Part shown: positions 28,214-38,273 of the stretch, in pieces
Layout: each line of letters starts with the position of its first letter
Position numbering within the stretch: position 1 is the first letter of the stretch
Origin: Deferrisomatales bacterium
GTDB lineage: Bacteria; Desulfobacterota; Deferrisomatia; Deferrisomatales; JACRMM01
Reading direction: 5' to 3'
NCBI GenBank assembly: GCA_033551855.1
Contig: JAWSUI010000014.1
Span: 1 to 64,000 of the forward strand
DNA: 64,000 nucleotides
Position numbers and translations under genes: made by a program
The notes under the pieces: generated by a model
Seen by the model: only the letters and a program-made list of their open reading frames with translations
Databases searched by the model: none
Told to the model about the DNA's origin: nothing

Positions 28214-29023
28214 ATGGAGATGCCCGAGGAGGAGCCCTTCGTCTTGCAGGTTCCCGCCTCGTCGATCCCCGCACGAGGGTGGGATGCGGCAGTGGTGGGT
28301 GCAGGCTCCGCCGGGGCCGCCGCCGCCCACCTGGCGGCGGAAGGGTACCACGTCCTCCTCCTGGACCGCGACGCGTTTCCCCGGGACAAGACGTGCGGTG
28401 ACGGCCTGCTCCCCGACGCAATTGGGGCCCTGGGGCGGCGGCTTGGTCTGCGGGAAATCGTGCAGGCGGCAGGCCGGCGATGGGCGGGGCACTCCGTCTG
28501 GAGCCCCGGGCAGGTGCCTGTGGACGTACCGGGAGACTACCTCGCCCTCCGCAGGAGCCGGCTCGATGCGCTCCTCGCCGAACGGGCCGTGAAAGCCGGT
28601 GCCTGCTTCGCACGGGGCTGCGTTCTGCGACTCGCAGGAGCGGGGGGGCCGCAGGTGGTCCTGAGGGTGGCCGGGTTGGAGCACGCGATTCACGCCCGCT
28701 TCGCTGTCCTCGCCGCCGGGGCCCGTCTCGACATCCTGCGCAGGCTCGGCCTCCCCGTTCCCCCGTCGCCACCCGACGCCGTGGGCATAACCTGCTACGC
28801 CCGCTCTTCCGTCCGAGCCGTTCACCTCGCGGTCTCCCGCACCCGCCTCCTCGCCGACGTCTCATCCGAATGTCGCGGACGGCGGGGCGCAGCGGAGGGG
28901 CACTCCGACCCCGAACACGTGCCAGGCGGTGGAACGAGGGTCCAACGGGCGCTGTTGGAGGTCCAACGGGCGCTTGACACGGGAGGGCCGTCCCTGGCAT
29001 ACGTATTCCCCACAACCGCATAG
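28214..29023 (+). pseudogene. 3'-truncated geranylgeranyl-reductase-family FAD oxidoreductase
   Basis: DAAVVGAGSAG, FPRDKTCGDGL, RSRLDALL. Family-like sequence stops near 28835; the C-terminal GY.W.FP and GDAA motifs are missing, and the frame reads on into the next promoter. Confidence 0.65.
28939..28979 (+). promoter_or_regulatory. 15-bp direct repeat abutting a TTGACA -35 box
   Basis: GGTCCAACGGGCGCT at 28939 and 28960 (21-bp period). TTGACA at 28974-28979; the -10 box is poor. Confidence 0.5.
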
Positions 29024-29024
29024 G

Positions 29025-29191
29025 AAACCGTCCGCCGGTGCCCGCGAGGGCTGAAAAGGGAAGTGGGGTGAAAATCCCCCGCGGACCCGCCGCTGTGAGC
29101 GAGGACGAGGGGTCAAGGTGCCACTGGCCGCGAGGCCGGGAAGGCGACCCCGAGGTCGATTCGCGAGCCAGAAGACCTGCCGGGCCGGACG
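29025..29191 (+). ncRNA. Cobalamin (B12) riboswitch
   Basis: GGTGCCC-GCGA-GGGCTGAAAAGGGAA, GGTGAAAATCC, CCCGCCGCTGTGA, GCCACTGG..CCGGGAAGGC, and B12 box GAGCCAGAAGACCTGCC. Confidence 0.93.
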
Positions 29192-29253
29192 CCCCACCGC
29201 AGCCTCCCCGGGCCGAAGGGAGGGTGGGACCGACGAGGCGCTTCGCATACGGG

Positions 29254-29285
29254 AAGCCCGCACGCACCGTGCGGGCTTTTTTTTG
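29254..29285 (+). terminator. Intrinsic terminator (riboswitch expression platform)
   Basis: AAGCCCGCACG-CAC-CGTGCGGGCTT followed by a T run, between the aptamer and the ORF. Confidence 0.85.
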
Positions 29286-29348
29286 TTGGCGCGCGTCCAC
29301 CGCCCTTCCGGTGCCGCAGGGGGTTGCCTCCGCCAGAGGAGAAGCGCC

Positions 29349-29606
29349 ATGCAGCAGGGAACCGTTCTCTACATCGCCGACGTCCGGAGCCTGCCCCAGG
29401 ACTGGGAGGCGGAGGAAGCAGCAGCCGCCGCGGGCTTCGATCCCGTGTGGACGGAGGTCGCGGCCCCGGGCCCCGGCTTCTACACGCCCCAGGAGGCTCA
29501 GCTCCGCCTCGCCGAGCGGGGGGCGGGGCGGATCGAGGCGGCCCATGCCCGGTACGCCGACGGGCGTCTCGAGGTGGGCGCGCGCCGGGTCCGGCTGCAG
29601 GGCTGA
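29349..29606 (+). CDS. Small (85 aa) B12-riboswitch-controlled hypothetical protein
   Basis: RBS AGAGGAG, ATG at 29349, GC-rich third codon positions; only ORF downstream of the riboswitch. Confidence 0.75.
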   Translation: MQQGTVLYIADVRSLPQDWEAEEAAAAAGFDPVWTEVAAPGPGFYTPQEAQLRLAERGAGRIEAAHARYADGRLEVGARRVRLQG

Positions 29607-29967
29607 GAGCCACTGTGCTCCCCATTGACTGCGCCCGTCCCGGGGGGCCCCGGAAGGGAGCCCTCCCGGCTCCGACCGGCCCGGGCCTCCTTGCCGCGGC
29701 ACCTGGTCCTTTCGTCCCGGGGGAGGCCCGTCCTCCCCCGGTCATTTTTGGTCTTCCGGGGAATGACGGGTTTCCGCACCCAAGGACGGCCGGGTGGGTC
29801 CGGCAGCGCAGGCGGACGGCCGGTCGATGACCGTACCCCCCATCGGGACCTGTGATCCCTCCAGGCGGATCGGAAGACCTGAGAGCTCGCAGCGTCGGGT
29901 CGTCCGGCATCGGCCGCCGGAGTCGGCGGACCCACCCGGCCGTTTCCCGGGTGAGCCTCATTTCTAC

Positions 29968-30176
29968 GGATCATCCGGGAAATGACCGGGACCTCGTGTC
30001 CAGGGACGATCGGGTAGGCCCGACCACGTAGGCCGACGGCCGCTCGACATGCGCAGCCGCTTCGGGAGTCACGATGCCGCGAGGATTCCGGACGCGGCGG
30101 GGGAGAATACCTGCCGTGCGTCCGGCATCGTCTGCGGGAGTGGGCGGGCCCGCGCGGTCGTATTACCGGAAGCACG
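29968..30176. mobile_element. 209-bp MITE-like element, copy B
   Basis: Same orientation and length as copy A. Flanks ATTTCTAC and ATTTTTCC match at 6/8, possibly a decayed target duplication. Confidence 0.7.
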
Positions 30177-30287
30177 ATTTTTCCGTATCCCCGGGCGCGC
30201 GCGGGAGCCGGCCTTCCTTTCACGTCTCGGGTAGTCGACCATCGCGGAGGCCGCCGGCCCGGCTTCTCCGGGGGCCGGGACCCCCCC

Positions 30288-31310
30288 TCAGGGTACCGGC
30301 GTCAGAAGAAAGGCGCGGGGCTCCCCGTGCAACAGCCCCTGGCCCGCGATATGGCCTTCGTCGCTGATGGCGTATGCCCGCGAGAGCTCCCATCCGGACC
30401 CGGTCGTGAGCAGGTCGTTCAGGTCGACCATGCGCCCGGCTTCCCACAGGAAGGCGTGGGCACGCCCCCCGAGGGTGAGGGACTCCCCCACCACCCTGCC
30501 AAGGTTGTCCACGTCGTAGGCCACGCTGTAGCCGCCCAGAGTACCCAAGCTCACCAGTTCACCATGGGGTTCGACCAGGAACGCTCGATCCGCGCCGTGG
30601 GTGGTGGTCGAGTACCCCGCAGCCTGGCCCGCCTCGTTGATGGCGTACGCCACGCTCGTCGGCCCCCCCAGGGTTCCGAGGGGGGTCATCACCCCCGCCT
30701 CCCACCGAAACGCCACCAACCGCCGGTCCTCCGTCTCCGCCCACCCCACCACCTGGCCCCCGTCGTTGATCCCGTAGGCCGCACTCCAGTTGCCTCCCAG
30801 GCCCCCCAACAGGTGCAGGTGGTCCTCCTGCCACAGGAACGCCGCGGTACCAGCCCCCGTCTCCACCTCGCCCACCACCTCACCGGCGCTGTTTACCCCC
30901 CGCGCGATGCTCCGAAACGGCAAGGCCCGGATTCCCCCGTCGGCACCCCAAAGGCATGCCACCCCCCCCGACTCCCCGGCCACCTCGCCACGGTCGTTCA
31001 CGGACCAGGCGTCGCTGCCGTCGAGGGCCTGGGTGTACCCGGCCCGCCAACGAAAGGCCTGCCCCGCCCCCTCGGGCCCCTCCGCCCCTCCCACCACCAG
31101 GCCGGCCCCGTTCACCGCGCGGGCGGCGGCCGTGCGGTCTCCCGGTCCCACCGCCGTCGTTTCGTAACCGGTCCCGCCACCCGAGGTGCCGCCGGCCGAG
31201 TCTCCGCAACCGATGGCGAAAGCGCACGCCAGCGCCGCGAGGACGCAGACCACGGTCCGTCGCCTGAGGATCGACCGACGAGAGGTGGGGGTTCCGACCG
31301 GTCCCTTCAT
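30288..31310 (-). CDS. HAF-repeat-containing lipoprotein (probable beta-propeller)
   Basis: Lipobox FAIGC, Gly/Ser/Thr linker, about 6 repeats of LGTLGG..S.AY.IN..GQVVG....AF.W. Start uncertain. Confidence 0.82.
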   Translation of the reverse strand: MKGPVGTPTSRRSILRRRTVVCVLAALACAFAIGCGDSAGGTSGGGTGYETTAVGPGDRTAAARAVNGAGLVVGGAEGPEGAGQAFRWRAGYTQALDGSDAWSVNDRGEVAGESGGVACLWGADGGIRALPFRSIARGVNSAGEVVGEVETGAGTAAFLWQEDHLHLLGGLGGNWSAAYGINDGGQVVGWAETEDRRLVAFRWEAGVMTPLGTLGGPTSVAYAINEAGQAAGYSTTTHGADRAFLVEPHGELVSLGTLGGYSVAYDVDNLGRVVGESLTLGGRAHAFLWEAGRMVDLNDLLTTGSGWELSRAYAISDEGHIAGQGLLHGEPRAFLLTPVP

Positions 31311-31860
31311 GCGCGTGCCTCGCGTTGCGGCCGGGCGTCGGGGCCCGACGGTCCTGGTGGTCCGTGTCCCCCCTGCACAGCAAGAAGCAGACCAGGCCGG
31401 TGTCAGGAACTCCATCCCCCTGCGTCACCCTCCCCGACACGGTGCCCCGGGGCACACTGCAAGCGGAGATCCGATCGCTTACGCGCCCCGCCCGCAGCTC
31501 CCCCGAAGGGCCCAGCGGGCCCCTTGGGCTGACCTCGAACCCTCCGGTTGGGAGCGGGTGACCGGCAGGAACCTCAAAATGTGCAAAAGTCTTCCACCAC
31601 GGGTCGCCGAGGGCTCCTGCCTCCGGTAAAGCACCTGCAGCCCGCTGCGCGGCGCGGTACCGCGCAAAGCCTCGACCCGGGGGGAGCCCCGGGGCAGAGC
31701 CTCGCACCGCCTCGACCGACTCGCCCCGTCCGGCGCAAACGGGTGAAGCCCGGCGCACCGGGCCCTGCTGGGACACCCCTTCGCATGGCGGGGCGGAGCG
31801 GAGGGGCTCCCCGGCCCCGGGCACGTGCCGGGGAGGTGGATCACGGTGGCCCGGTCCATG

Positions 31861-31888
31861 TTGACACCTCCCCCGGCCGCTGCTACGA
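31861..31888 (+). promoter_or_regulatory. Sigma70-type promoter upstream of fliA
   Basis: TTGACA-16 bp-TACGAT with an extended TG. Confidence 0.55.
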
Positions 31889-31922
31889 TGCGTGCGATTT
31901 TCCAGCGAAATGTGCCCTCCGG

Positions 31923-32666
31923 GTGTCAGGAGAAGCGGCCATCAGCAGCGGCGACCCCCAGCGCACGAGGGACGAGCTCATCGAGGAGTACGCACCCCTC
32001 GTCAAGTACATCGCTGAGCGCCTCTCCGCCCGCCTACCCTCCTCCATCGAGGTGGAGGACCTCATCAACACCGGGGTTCTCGGCCTCATCGACGCCATCG
32101 ACAAGTTCATCGCCGAGCGCGGGGTCAAGTTCAAGACCTACGCGGAGTTCCGCATCCGCGGGGCCATGCTGGACTACCTGCGCCGCCAGGACTGGGCGCC
32201 ACGGTCCATGCGCCGGAAGGAGAAGGAGCTCGCGGGCGTCTTCCGCCGCTTGGAGCAGAAGCTGCAGCGCCAGGCGTCCCACGAGGAGGCGGCCGAGGAG
32301 TTGGGCGTCTCCATGGAGGAGTTCAACGTCCTCCTGTACAAGGCCCGAGGCCTCTCCATCCTTTCCCTCAACCGGCCGCGGTCCGACGACGGGGACGAAG
32401 ACGCCAAGGAACTGGGGGACTTCATCCCGGACGAGCCCGAGAACAGCCCTTACGAGCTGCTCAAGAAGCAAGAGGTTCGGGACCTGATGGCCCGTCAGAT
32501 CGATGGTCTGCCGGAAAAGGAGCGCCTCGTGGTCTCCCTCTACTACTTCAACGAGCTGACCATGAAGGAGGTGGGGCACGTCCTAGGGGTCACGGAGTCG
32601 CGGGTGAGCCAACTCCACTCCTCTGCGGTGCTTCGGCTCCGGGGCTGCCTGGAGGGCCTTCTATGA
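31923..32666 (+). CDS. fliA: RNA polymerase sigma-28 factor FliA/WhiG
   Basis: YAPLVKYIA.RL, GLIDAIDKF, FKTYAEFRIRGAMLDYLR..DW.PRS, LGVTESRVSQLH. Start uncertain. Confidence 0.93.
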   Translation: MSGEAAISSGDPQRTRDELIEEYAPLVKYIAERLSARLPSSIEVEDLINTGVLGLIDAIDKFIAERGVKFKTYAEFRIRGAMLDYLRRQDWAPRSMRRKEKELAGVFRRLEQKLQRQASHEEAAEELGVSMEEFNVLLYKARGLSILSLNRPRSDDGDEDAKELGDFIPDEPENSPYELLKKQEVRDLMARQIDGLPEKERLVVSLYYFNELTMKEVGHVLGVTESRVSQLHSSAVLRLRGCLEGLL

Positions 32667-33043
32667 GAGCGGTGAAGGAATCGTCGCGAGCAGACCGGGG
32701 CGCGCGTCACGCACAAGCGAACGACGTGGCACGTCAGGCAGATCTTGGGGGAGTGAGCGACCGGGCAACGGAGCAATCCGGCCGCGCAGCCAATGTTTTC
32801 ATGAGGCGCTGAGCCGACCCTGACCCCCCGCAGGCCCCAGGGACGAGGCAAATGTCGGACGGCTCTGGGCAGCCGGGTCCTCGCGCCGCTCCGGGACAGG
32901 GGGCTCCCGTGGAAACGACGGTCCGAGATCCCCTGGCGGTGAGCCGCCTCTGCGCCCCCACTGCGTGACGGGAACGCGGCGGCTCCGAGCGGGGCGGCGC
33001 GTCCCCGGCCGCTGACGGGCCGATGCCCGGAAAGGGCTGACCG

Positions 33044-34117
33044 ATGTCCGAGCTCCTGACCCAGGAAGAAGTCAACGCCCTGCTGCAGGGCGTGCCGTTT
33101 CTGGACGAGGTGCCCGTGACCCCGTCGTGGACGGAGCCCCCTGCCGTCCCAGGGACGCGGGTGGGTGCCCGCGACGGGAAAACCGCGCCCTACGACTTCC
33201 GTCGCCCGAACCGTGTCCCGAGGAGCCTCCTCCAGAGCCTTCACGTCCTCCACGAACGCCACGCCCGCAATTTCGCGCTCAACCTCTCGGCATACCTGCG
33301 CACCGTCGCGGACGTCGCGCTGCTCAGCATCGACCAACTCTCCTACTCCGAATTCCTCACCGGCCTTCCGGAAACCACCAGCATCAACGTGGTGAAGATC
33401 GAGCCCCAGGGCGGCACCCTGGCCTACGAGGTCAATCCATCCCTCGTGTTTGCCGTCATTGAAAAGCTCATGGGCGGGGCTTCGGAGACCCCCGCCATGA
33501 ATCGGGAGATCACCCAGATCGAGCAGCAGCTTGTGGAGGGGTTCCTCCAACTGTCCCTGCGGGACCTCCAGGAGGCCTGGCAGACCGCGGTGCCGACGGG
33601 TTTCCGGCTCGTGCGTCAGGAAACCAACCCTCGGCTCGTGCGCATCGCGGGCGCCGACGAGATCGTTGTCGTGATCACCTGCGAGGTCCGGATCGGGCAG
33701 AGCTCCGGCATGATGAGCTTCTGCATCCCCGCCGTGTACCTGGAGCCTTTCGCACGGACGCTGGAGCGGGAGAATCACATCGACCTCGCCGCGTCCCCAA
33801 CCGCAGAGGTCCGGGCGCGCATCGACGCAGTGCTGGCGCGGGTGCCGGTGAACCTGAGCGCCGATCTCGTGGAACAGCGCATGGCCATCCGCGATCTCCT
33901 CTCCCTGAGGGTCGGGGACGTTCTCCCCTTGGAGCGGGAGACCAGCAGCCCGGTGACGGTGAGGGTGGCGGGAATCCCGAAGTTCCTAGGGGCGCTGGGG
34001 AGCAGGAGGCGAAGGCGCGCGGTGCGCATCCTGTCTCCGGTTCACAGGTCTCCGACAGGCGAACCGCGAGAACTCGGGGGGGACTTCGATGTCCTGGCGG
34101 GTCCCCGCCGCCCCTGA
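33044..34117 (+). CDS. fliM: Flagellar motor switch protein FliM
   Basis: LLTQEEVNALL, YDFRRPNRV, SIDQLSYSEFL, REITQIE, ETNP, C-terminal SpoA domain. Confidence 0.93.
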   Translation: MSELLTQEEVNALLQGVPFLDEVPVTPSWTEPPAVPGTRVGARDGKTAPYDFRRPNRVPRSLLQSLHVLHERHARNFALNLSAYLRTVADVALLSIDQLSYSEFLTGLPETTSINVVKIEPQGGTLAYEVNPSLVFAVIEKLMGGASETPAMNREITQIEQQLVEGFLQLSLRDLQEAWQTAVPTGFRLVRQETNPRLVRIAGADEIVVVITCEVRIGQSSGMMSFCIPAVYLEPFARTLERENHIDLAASPTAEVRARIDAVLARVPVNLSADLVEQRMAIRDLLSLRVGDVLPLERETSSPVTVRVAGIPKFLGALGSRRRRRAVRILSPVHRSPTGEPRELGGDFDVLAGPRRP

Positions 34118-34216
34118 AGCCGCCGCAGATCCCAATCGCGCTGCGTGTGCCGGGTTCGAGGGCGCGCGTTCGTTCTCCATCGTGCTCACCCCGGGGCAAG
34201 GAAGGGAACCCACATC

Positions 34217-34633
34217 ATGGCCGACATGCTCTCCCAGGAAGAGATCGACCGCCTCCTCGCTCGCTCCACACCGTCGCCGGGGGCACGCCCTGCAACTCCG
34301 ACCGCCACACCCGCGACTCCGGGCAAGGGAAAGCAGGGGGCAGGCGCTGCGGCGTCGGATAGGGAGATCCCCAACATCGACCTGATCCTCGACATCGAGG
34401 TGGATGTGATGGTCCGCCTGGGTGAAACCGTGATGCCGCTTCGAGAGGTTCAGGCGCTGGGGCCCGGGTCGGTGATTGCCCTGGACAAAGACACCGATAC
34501 CCCGGTGGAGTTGGTCGTGAACGACCGGGTGGTGGCAAAGGGGGAGCTCGTCGTCACGGGCTCAGACCACTTCGCCCTTCGGGTGACGGAGATCGAGACC
34601 CCAAGCGAACGGATCCGCACCCTGGGCCCCTGA
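34217..34633 (+). CDS. fliN: Flagellar motor switch protein FliN
   Basis: NIDLILDIEV.V.VRLG, LGPGSVIALDK, AKGELVV, FALRVTEI. Confidence 0.92.
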   Translation: MADMLSQEEIDRLLARSTPSPGARPATPTATPATPGKGKQGAGAAASDREIPNIDLILDIEVDVMVRLGETVMPLREVQALGPGSVIALDKDTDTPVELVVNDRVVAKGELVVTGSDHFALRVTEIETPSERIRTLGP

Positions 34634-34645
34634 CGGGAAGCGGCG

Positions 34646-35389
34646 ATGGGAAGGGACTGGAACCGCGAGCTCTTGCACCGCAGCGGCCTCCTCTTCCAGG
34701 GTGCCTCACCCTGGGGAGAGGTCGCCTGCATCGATGTGTGCGGCCCCACCCTTCTGCTCTCGCCGCTCTCCCGGCACCGGGAGCTGCCGCCAGAGGCGGG
34801 CCTGCCCGCCTGTTTCGAGGCAGCAACCCCCTTCGGAGTGTTCCGGGCCTCCGGAATCCTCGTGGGGAACCGCACCATCGAAATCAACCGCGTCCCTCAG
34901 GAGGTGATGGAGTTGGAGGTGCACCCGGGGGGTATCGATCGTCGCAACCGGAGGGCGCACTTCCGGGTGGCCGTGAACCTCAAGGGGGAGCTCGCCCTCT
35001 TCTCCGAGGAAGACCTCGCGCGACGCGGGCTCGCCGTCCCGGCAGGGGGCGCGGCGGCCTCTCTCCTGGAGGATGTGGCCAGAGGCACTTCCTCCTTGCG
35101 GAGGCTATGCCTGGTTCGGGAGATGGGCATCGGCGGGGCGCGTGTCTTCACGGCTCCCCCCGAACCCCTCCCCGGCACCCTCTTCCTCCTCGATCTCTCG
35201 CCGACCCCCGGCGAACCGTTGACGAACCTTCCCGGGAACGTCATCGAGAGCCTGCCCCCGGGGGGGCCCCACCTCCCGATACAGATTCGCCTGCGCTTCG
35301 ACCCGCTTTCGGGGGCACCAGAGGCGAGGCTCGCCCGCTACCTAGCCCGGGTGCAGCGGGAAATGCTCCAGAAGGGAATCCGGGGGTAG
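34646..35389 (+). CDS. PilZ-domain protein (YcgR/flagellar-brake-like)
   Basis: NRRAHFRV (RxxxR), degenerate second motif EMGIGGA, C-terminal LARYL...QRE; follows fliN. Confidence 0.65.
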   Translation: MGRDWNRELLHRSGLLFQGASPWGEVACIDVCGPTLLLSPLSRHRELPPEAGLPACFEAATPFGVFRASGILVGNRTIEINRVPQEVMELEVHPGGIDRRNRRAHFRVAVNLKGELALFSEEDLARRGLAVPAGGAAASLLEDVARGTSSLRRLCLVREMGIGGARVFTAPPEPLPGTLFLLDLSPTPGEPLTNLPGNVIESLPPGGPHLPIQIRLRFDPLSGAPEARLARYLARVQREMLQKGIRG

Positions 35390-35415
35390 CCCGCCGCGGG
35401 CCGCGGCGCCTGCCT

Positions 35416-36621
35416 TCACCTCCCGCGTTCACCCAGCAGCGCCACGGCGTGGGCCGAGATCCCCTCCTGACGGCCCTCGAAACCCAGTCCCTCGGTCGTC
35501 GTCGCCTTCACCGTCACACCCCGTTCCGGCAATCCCAGGGCTCCCGAGAGGTTGGCCTCCATCGCGGCGACGTGGCGCGAGACCTTGGGCCGCTGGGCCA
35601 CCAGGGTCGCATCCACGCGGCAGATCTCCAGCCCCCGGGCGTGCACTCGCAGGCTCACCTGTTCGAGGAGCCGCAGGCTCGAAACCCCCTCCCAGGCGGG
35701 ATCCGTATCGGGGAAGTGCCGCCCCAGATCCCCCAGGCCCGCCGCACCCAGGCAGGCGTCGGCGACCGCGTGGGCCAGAACGTCGGCGTCCGAGTGTCCC
35801 AGGAGCCCCCTCTCATGGGGCAGCTCGACCCCCCCCAAAATCAAAGGCCGCCCTGCCACAAGCCGGTGCACGTCGTATCCGTGGCCCACGTGGAATCTTG
35901 CGTCACGGAGCCCGGCACGCCGCTTCCCTTCCGGACCGCCCATCGCCGAGAGGAGCACCTCGGCGAGCTCCAGATCCTCGCGGCAGGTCACCTTGAGGTT
36001 TCGGGGGTCCCCGGGTACCAATCGGGGCCGCCGCCCCAGCGCCTCGGCCAGGCTAGCCTCGTCCGTGCCGGCTCGGCCCTCCGCGGCCCCCCGGTCTAGG
36101 GCCTCCCGAAGAACTGCCAGCGGAAACACCTGCGGGGTTTGGGCCTGCCACAGTCCCGCACGATCCACGGTGCCGGCCACGGATCCGTTCTCCTCCCTCT
36201 TGACGGTGTCGCGGCAGGCCACCGCCAGGATCGCCCCATCGGGCCGGGCCGCAGCCGCCAGATCCGGAAATCGCTCCACCGGCGGAAAGGGCCGCACGCC
36301 GTCGTGGACGAACACCAGGTCGTCCGGGCCCGCCTCTGCCAGGGCTTCGACACCCCGCCTCACCGAATCCTGCCGGGTCGCTCCTCCCGCCACGACCCGG
36401 AGGACCCCTGCGACCCCGGCCCCCTCCAGAAGCCCTCGGGTCCGCGGCACCTCCGCTTCCGGCGCCACGACCACCGCACCAGCGAACCTTGGCCATGACA
36501 GGAGAGTCTCGAGGGTCCTCACCAGGAGGGGGCGCCCGCCCAGCGGCAAGAACTGCTTGGGGGTTCCACCGCCCATCCGGCTGCCGGCGCCCCCTGCCGG
36601 CACGATGGCCCAGATGGTCAC
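35416..36621 (-). CDS. ispDF: Bifunctional IspD/IspF
   Basis: [33 protein letters not shown]; then [24 protein letters not shown]. Confidence 0.95.
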   Translation of the reverse strand: MTIWAIVPAGGAGSRMGGGTPKQFLPLGGRPLLVRTLETLLSWPRFAGAVVVAPEAEVPRTRGLLEGAGVAGVLRVVAGGATRQDSVRRGVEALAEAGPDDLVFVHDGVRPFPPVERFPDLAAAARPDGAILAVACRDTVKREENGSVAGTVDRAGLWQAQTPQVFPLAVLREALDRGAAEGRAGTDEASLAEALGRRPRLVPGDPRNLKVTCREDLELAEVLLSAMGGPEGKRRAGLRDARFHVGHGYDVHRLVAGRPLILGGVELPHERGLLGHSDADVLAHAVADACLGAAGLGDLGRHFPDTDPAWEGVSSLRLLEQVSLRVHARGLEICRVDATLVAQRPKVSRHVAAMEANLSGALGLPERGVTVKATTTEGLGFEGRQEGISAHAVALLGERGR

Positions 36622-37640
36622 GCCCGGCGCCTCCACACACGCCGGCGCGCCGGGGTTTCCAAACCCTCCTCGCCCGCCGGCTTGGCGAAGATCAACCGCC
36701 CGGCCGTGGTCTGGAGGACCGAGGTCACCACGCCCCGGATGGACTGCCCCATCCGGTCTCCTCCCCCCTCCACGACCACCATGGTTCCGTCCTCGAGGTA
36801 GCCCACCCCCTGCCCGGGCTCCTTCCCTTCCTTCTGGACCGTCACCTGAACCTCTTCCCCCGGCAGGACCACAGGCCGCAGGGCGTGGGCGAGCTGGTTC
36901 ACGTTGAGGGTGCGGACCCCCTGGAGCTCCGCTACCTTGGAAAGATTGAAGTCGTTGGTCACCACCGTGGCTCCCGTGGACTTGGCCAGGGCGACGATCT
37001 TGCCGTCCACCTCCTTCACCCGCGGGAAGTCGTGGTCGGTGATCCGGACCTCGATCCCCTCGAGCGCCTGCAGTCGCTCCAGGATCCCGAGCCCCCGGCG
37101 CCCCCGGGCTCGCTTCAGGGGGTCCGTGCTGTCCGCAATCCCCTGGACCTCGTTGAGCACGAACTGGGGCACCACCATCGGTCCGCCGATGAACCCGAGC
37201 TCCACCATGTCCGCGATCCGGCCGTCGATGATGGCAGAGGTGTCCAGGACCTTGGGGCTCACGGAGGCGGCAACGCCGGACTTTCCCGTGGCCAGGCGAA
37301 AGGCGCGGATACCCCTCTGGCCGGCCAGGGCCCCCACGTAGGCGAGCACCACGGTGATGCCGACCGCAGCGGGCGCGGGGATGACCTCGAAGCCGAAGGC
37401 TCTGCGGGCCCACACTGCCGCCAGGAGCCCGCCGAGGGCTCCGAGAGCGGCCCCCAGAACCCCCGAAGGCGGTGCCCGCTGCAGCGACCGCTCTACGACG
37501 TATGCGGCCGCGAACAGTGCCACCCCAACCGCCGCCCCGGCCAGCGGCGCCTGCTCCCAGGACGTCAAAGCGGGGCCCGCGAGGGCCCCGGCGACGAAAC
37601 AGATGAGGAAGAGACCGGTACGGAAGACGGCGCTGCCCAA
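36618..37640 (-). CDS. Membrane PIN/TRAM domain protein (YacL-like)
   Basis: [54 protein letters not shown]. Confidence 0.92.
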   Translation of the reverse strand: MGSAVFRTGLFLICFVAGALAGPALTSWEQAPLAGAAVGVALFAAAYVVERSLQRAPPSGVLGAALGALGGLLAAVWARRAFGFEVIPAPAAVGITVVLAYVGALAGQRGIRAFRLATGKSGVAASVSPKVLDTSAIIDGRIADMVELGFIGGPMVVPQFVLNEVQGIADSTDPLKRARGRRGLGILERLQALEGIEVRITDHDFPRVKEVDGKIVALAKSTGATVVTNDFNLSKVAELQGVRTLNVNQLAHALRPVVLPGEEVQVTVQKEGKEPGQGVGYLEDGTMVVVEGGGDRMGQSIRGVVTSVLQTTAGRLIFAKPAGEEGLETPARRRVWRRRA

Positions 37641-37643
37641 GGC

Positions 37644-38144
37644 TCAACCCTCCGCGTGGCAGACGTCCCCGAAGGCCAACAGGATCTGCTCCTCCGCCTG
37701 GCTCGCCTTCTGGCCGTTGGCCACCGCAATCTCTTGGGAGAGGAGCTCCATCGCCGTGTTCAGCATGCGCTTCTCGCCGTAGGAAAGGTTCTTCCCCGCC
37801 CGCAGCAGATAGAGGTCGCGCAGCACCTTGGCGATCTCCACCGCCGACCCGGTCCGGATCTTGTCACTGTACTCCCGGAACCGGCGGTTCCAGGTCTGAT
37901 TGTCGCTGACGCGCCGCCGCTGCCGCAGCACCTGGAAGACCCGGTCGACCTCCTCCTGGCCCATCACCTGACGAAGCCCCACGTCCCCGCACTTGACCAC
38001 CGGGATGATGATCGTCATCTCCCGGTCCAAGATCCGCATGACGTACACCTCGATCTGCCCTCCCATGATGTCGCGTGTCTCGATGGCGGTGATCTCCCCC
38101 ACCCCGTGGGCGGGATAGACGGCCTTGTCGCCAACAGTGAACAT
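37644..38144 (-). CDS. carD: CarD family transcriptional regulator
   Basis: [32 protein letters not shown]. Confidence 0.93.
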   Translation of the reverse strand: MFTVGDKAVYPAHGVGEITAIETRDIMGGQIEVYVMRILDREMTIIIPVVKCGDVGLRQVMGQEEVDRVFQVLRQRRRVSDNQTWNRRFREYSDKIRTGSAVEIAKVLRDLYLLRAGKNLSYGEKRMLNTAMELLSQEIAVANGQKASQAEEQILLAFGDVCHAEG

Positions 38145-38273
38145 GCAGCGTCCTCCTGCCCGGCGCCCGGCGCCGGCTCCCATGCCATGAAAAAAGATCC
38201 AACCGAATGTTTTGTCCCCCCGCCCCCTGTGCTAGATTCCGGCCCGTCACCCCCCAACAGGAGGCGCCCGCCG

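Noticed and set aside
26633..30176. Composite transposon or genomic island bounded by the two 209-bp repeats
   Set aside because: No transposase or integrase is present, each copy has its own flanking duplication, and the outer flanks do not match each other.
31600..33040. Possible c-di-GMP-I riboswitch near fliA/fliM (GCGCAAAGCC at about 31663; GGCAAA at about 32847)
   Set aside because: The motif parts are not found together with the required stems. An Rfam scan would be needed.
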